Assembly (NCBI GenBank): GCA_964106645.2 | Contig: OZ067048.1 | Strand: one strand, 5' to 3' | Length of the DNA: 64,000 nucleotides | DNA from: Podarcis pityusensis | Lineage: Eukaryota | Shown here: one piece after another, positions 63,285 through 64,000 of the stretch | Layout: the number at the start of each line of letters is the position of its first letter | Position numbering within the stretch: position 1 is the stretch's first letter | The notes under the pieces: model-generated | Database searches by the model: none | What the model was told of the DNA's origin: nothing | The model's input: only the letters and a program-made list of their open reading frames with translations | Made by a program: the position numbers and the translations under genes

Positions 63285-64000
63285 GGGTGTGGTGAAACAG
63301 GTTCAGATTCTTCTCAAAGAAATTTAGTCTAGAGGTGTGGAGGAGCAAAAGTGCTAATTAAGCAGGATACAGAAATCTCTTATGTGATCCCATCTGCTGA
63401 TCCCTGCTGATCCTCAGTGGACAGCACTGTGAAGGATCAGCAGCCACAAGGCACAACTGATGAACCAGCCCCACTAACCTACTTGAGGGGACACCACAGA
63501 TGGCACATCCTTTGGGATAACCCCAAACTTGATGCCCATTGCTTTTCTTATAACCTTGTCTAAATATCCCCTTTTACTATTTTATGTTTTATTTGAACAG
63601 CAGAAAATTCCTCCACCAGTTGTATGAAATCAAGCTGACACAATTTGTGACCTACTAAAAAGAACTCAAACCTTCCAGACATGCACCCTGTCCAAGGCTT
63701 GGTCCATTGGAAATCTGAGGCAAGCAGCAAAACTAAGTGATTTAGTGAGCTGGCATGGCTGCATTCATGTAAGTGGTTTGTGCATTAAAACAGGAGAAAG
63801 CAGGAATTGTTTGGTCAGGAGCCTTATCACACCTTGAAGGACAAAGCTGAGGTGGGTGGCTGCCATCTCATTCACTTTGCATATGCATCCTCTGTGTGCC
63901 ATGTCTGCTGCCCATTTTGTTCCATACTTTGCAACGTGTGTATCATTGCTTAAGGATCCTGAGAGATGCCTGAGAACTCATGGGTTCCAGGCCACCCTAT

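Overview
Vertebrate genomic DNA from a squamate reptile, most likely a lacertid lizard (Sauria SINEs, Bov-B/RTE, CR1, L2 and L1-clade LINEs, hAT and Tc1/pogo MITEs). It has two N gaps. The best-supported gene is an intact cytochrome P450 family 1 gene on the minus strand, most like CYP1D1. It has six coding exons (30721->21562, 507 aa, all GT-AG and phase-consistent) and a probable non-coding exon 1 in a CpG island at about 33.0-33.2 kb. Its I-helix reads AGFAT instead of the canonical AGF(D/E)T. On the plus strand, six phase-consistent exons (8344-14052) encode the C-terminal part of a coiled-coil protein I cannot name, convergent with CYP1D1. A weaker chain of minus-strand exons (about 60.1 kb -> 49.06 kb) may be a further unannotated or decaying gene. 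Most other sequence is transposon-derived. Two insertions stand out: a 617-bp solo LTR whose whole U3 is an ORF ending in an HMGN-like RRSARL motif, and a 1.14-kb TSD-flanked non-autonomous L1-type element. All calls were made by eye; no searches were run.
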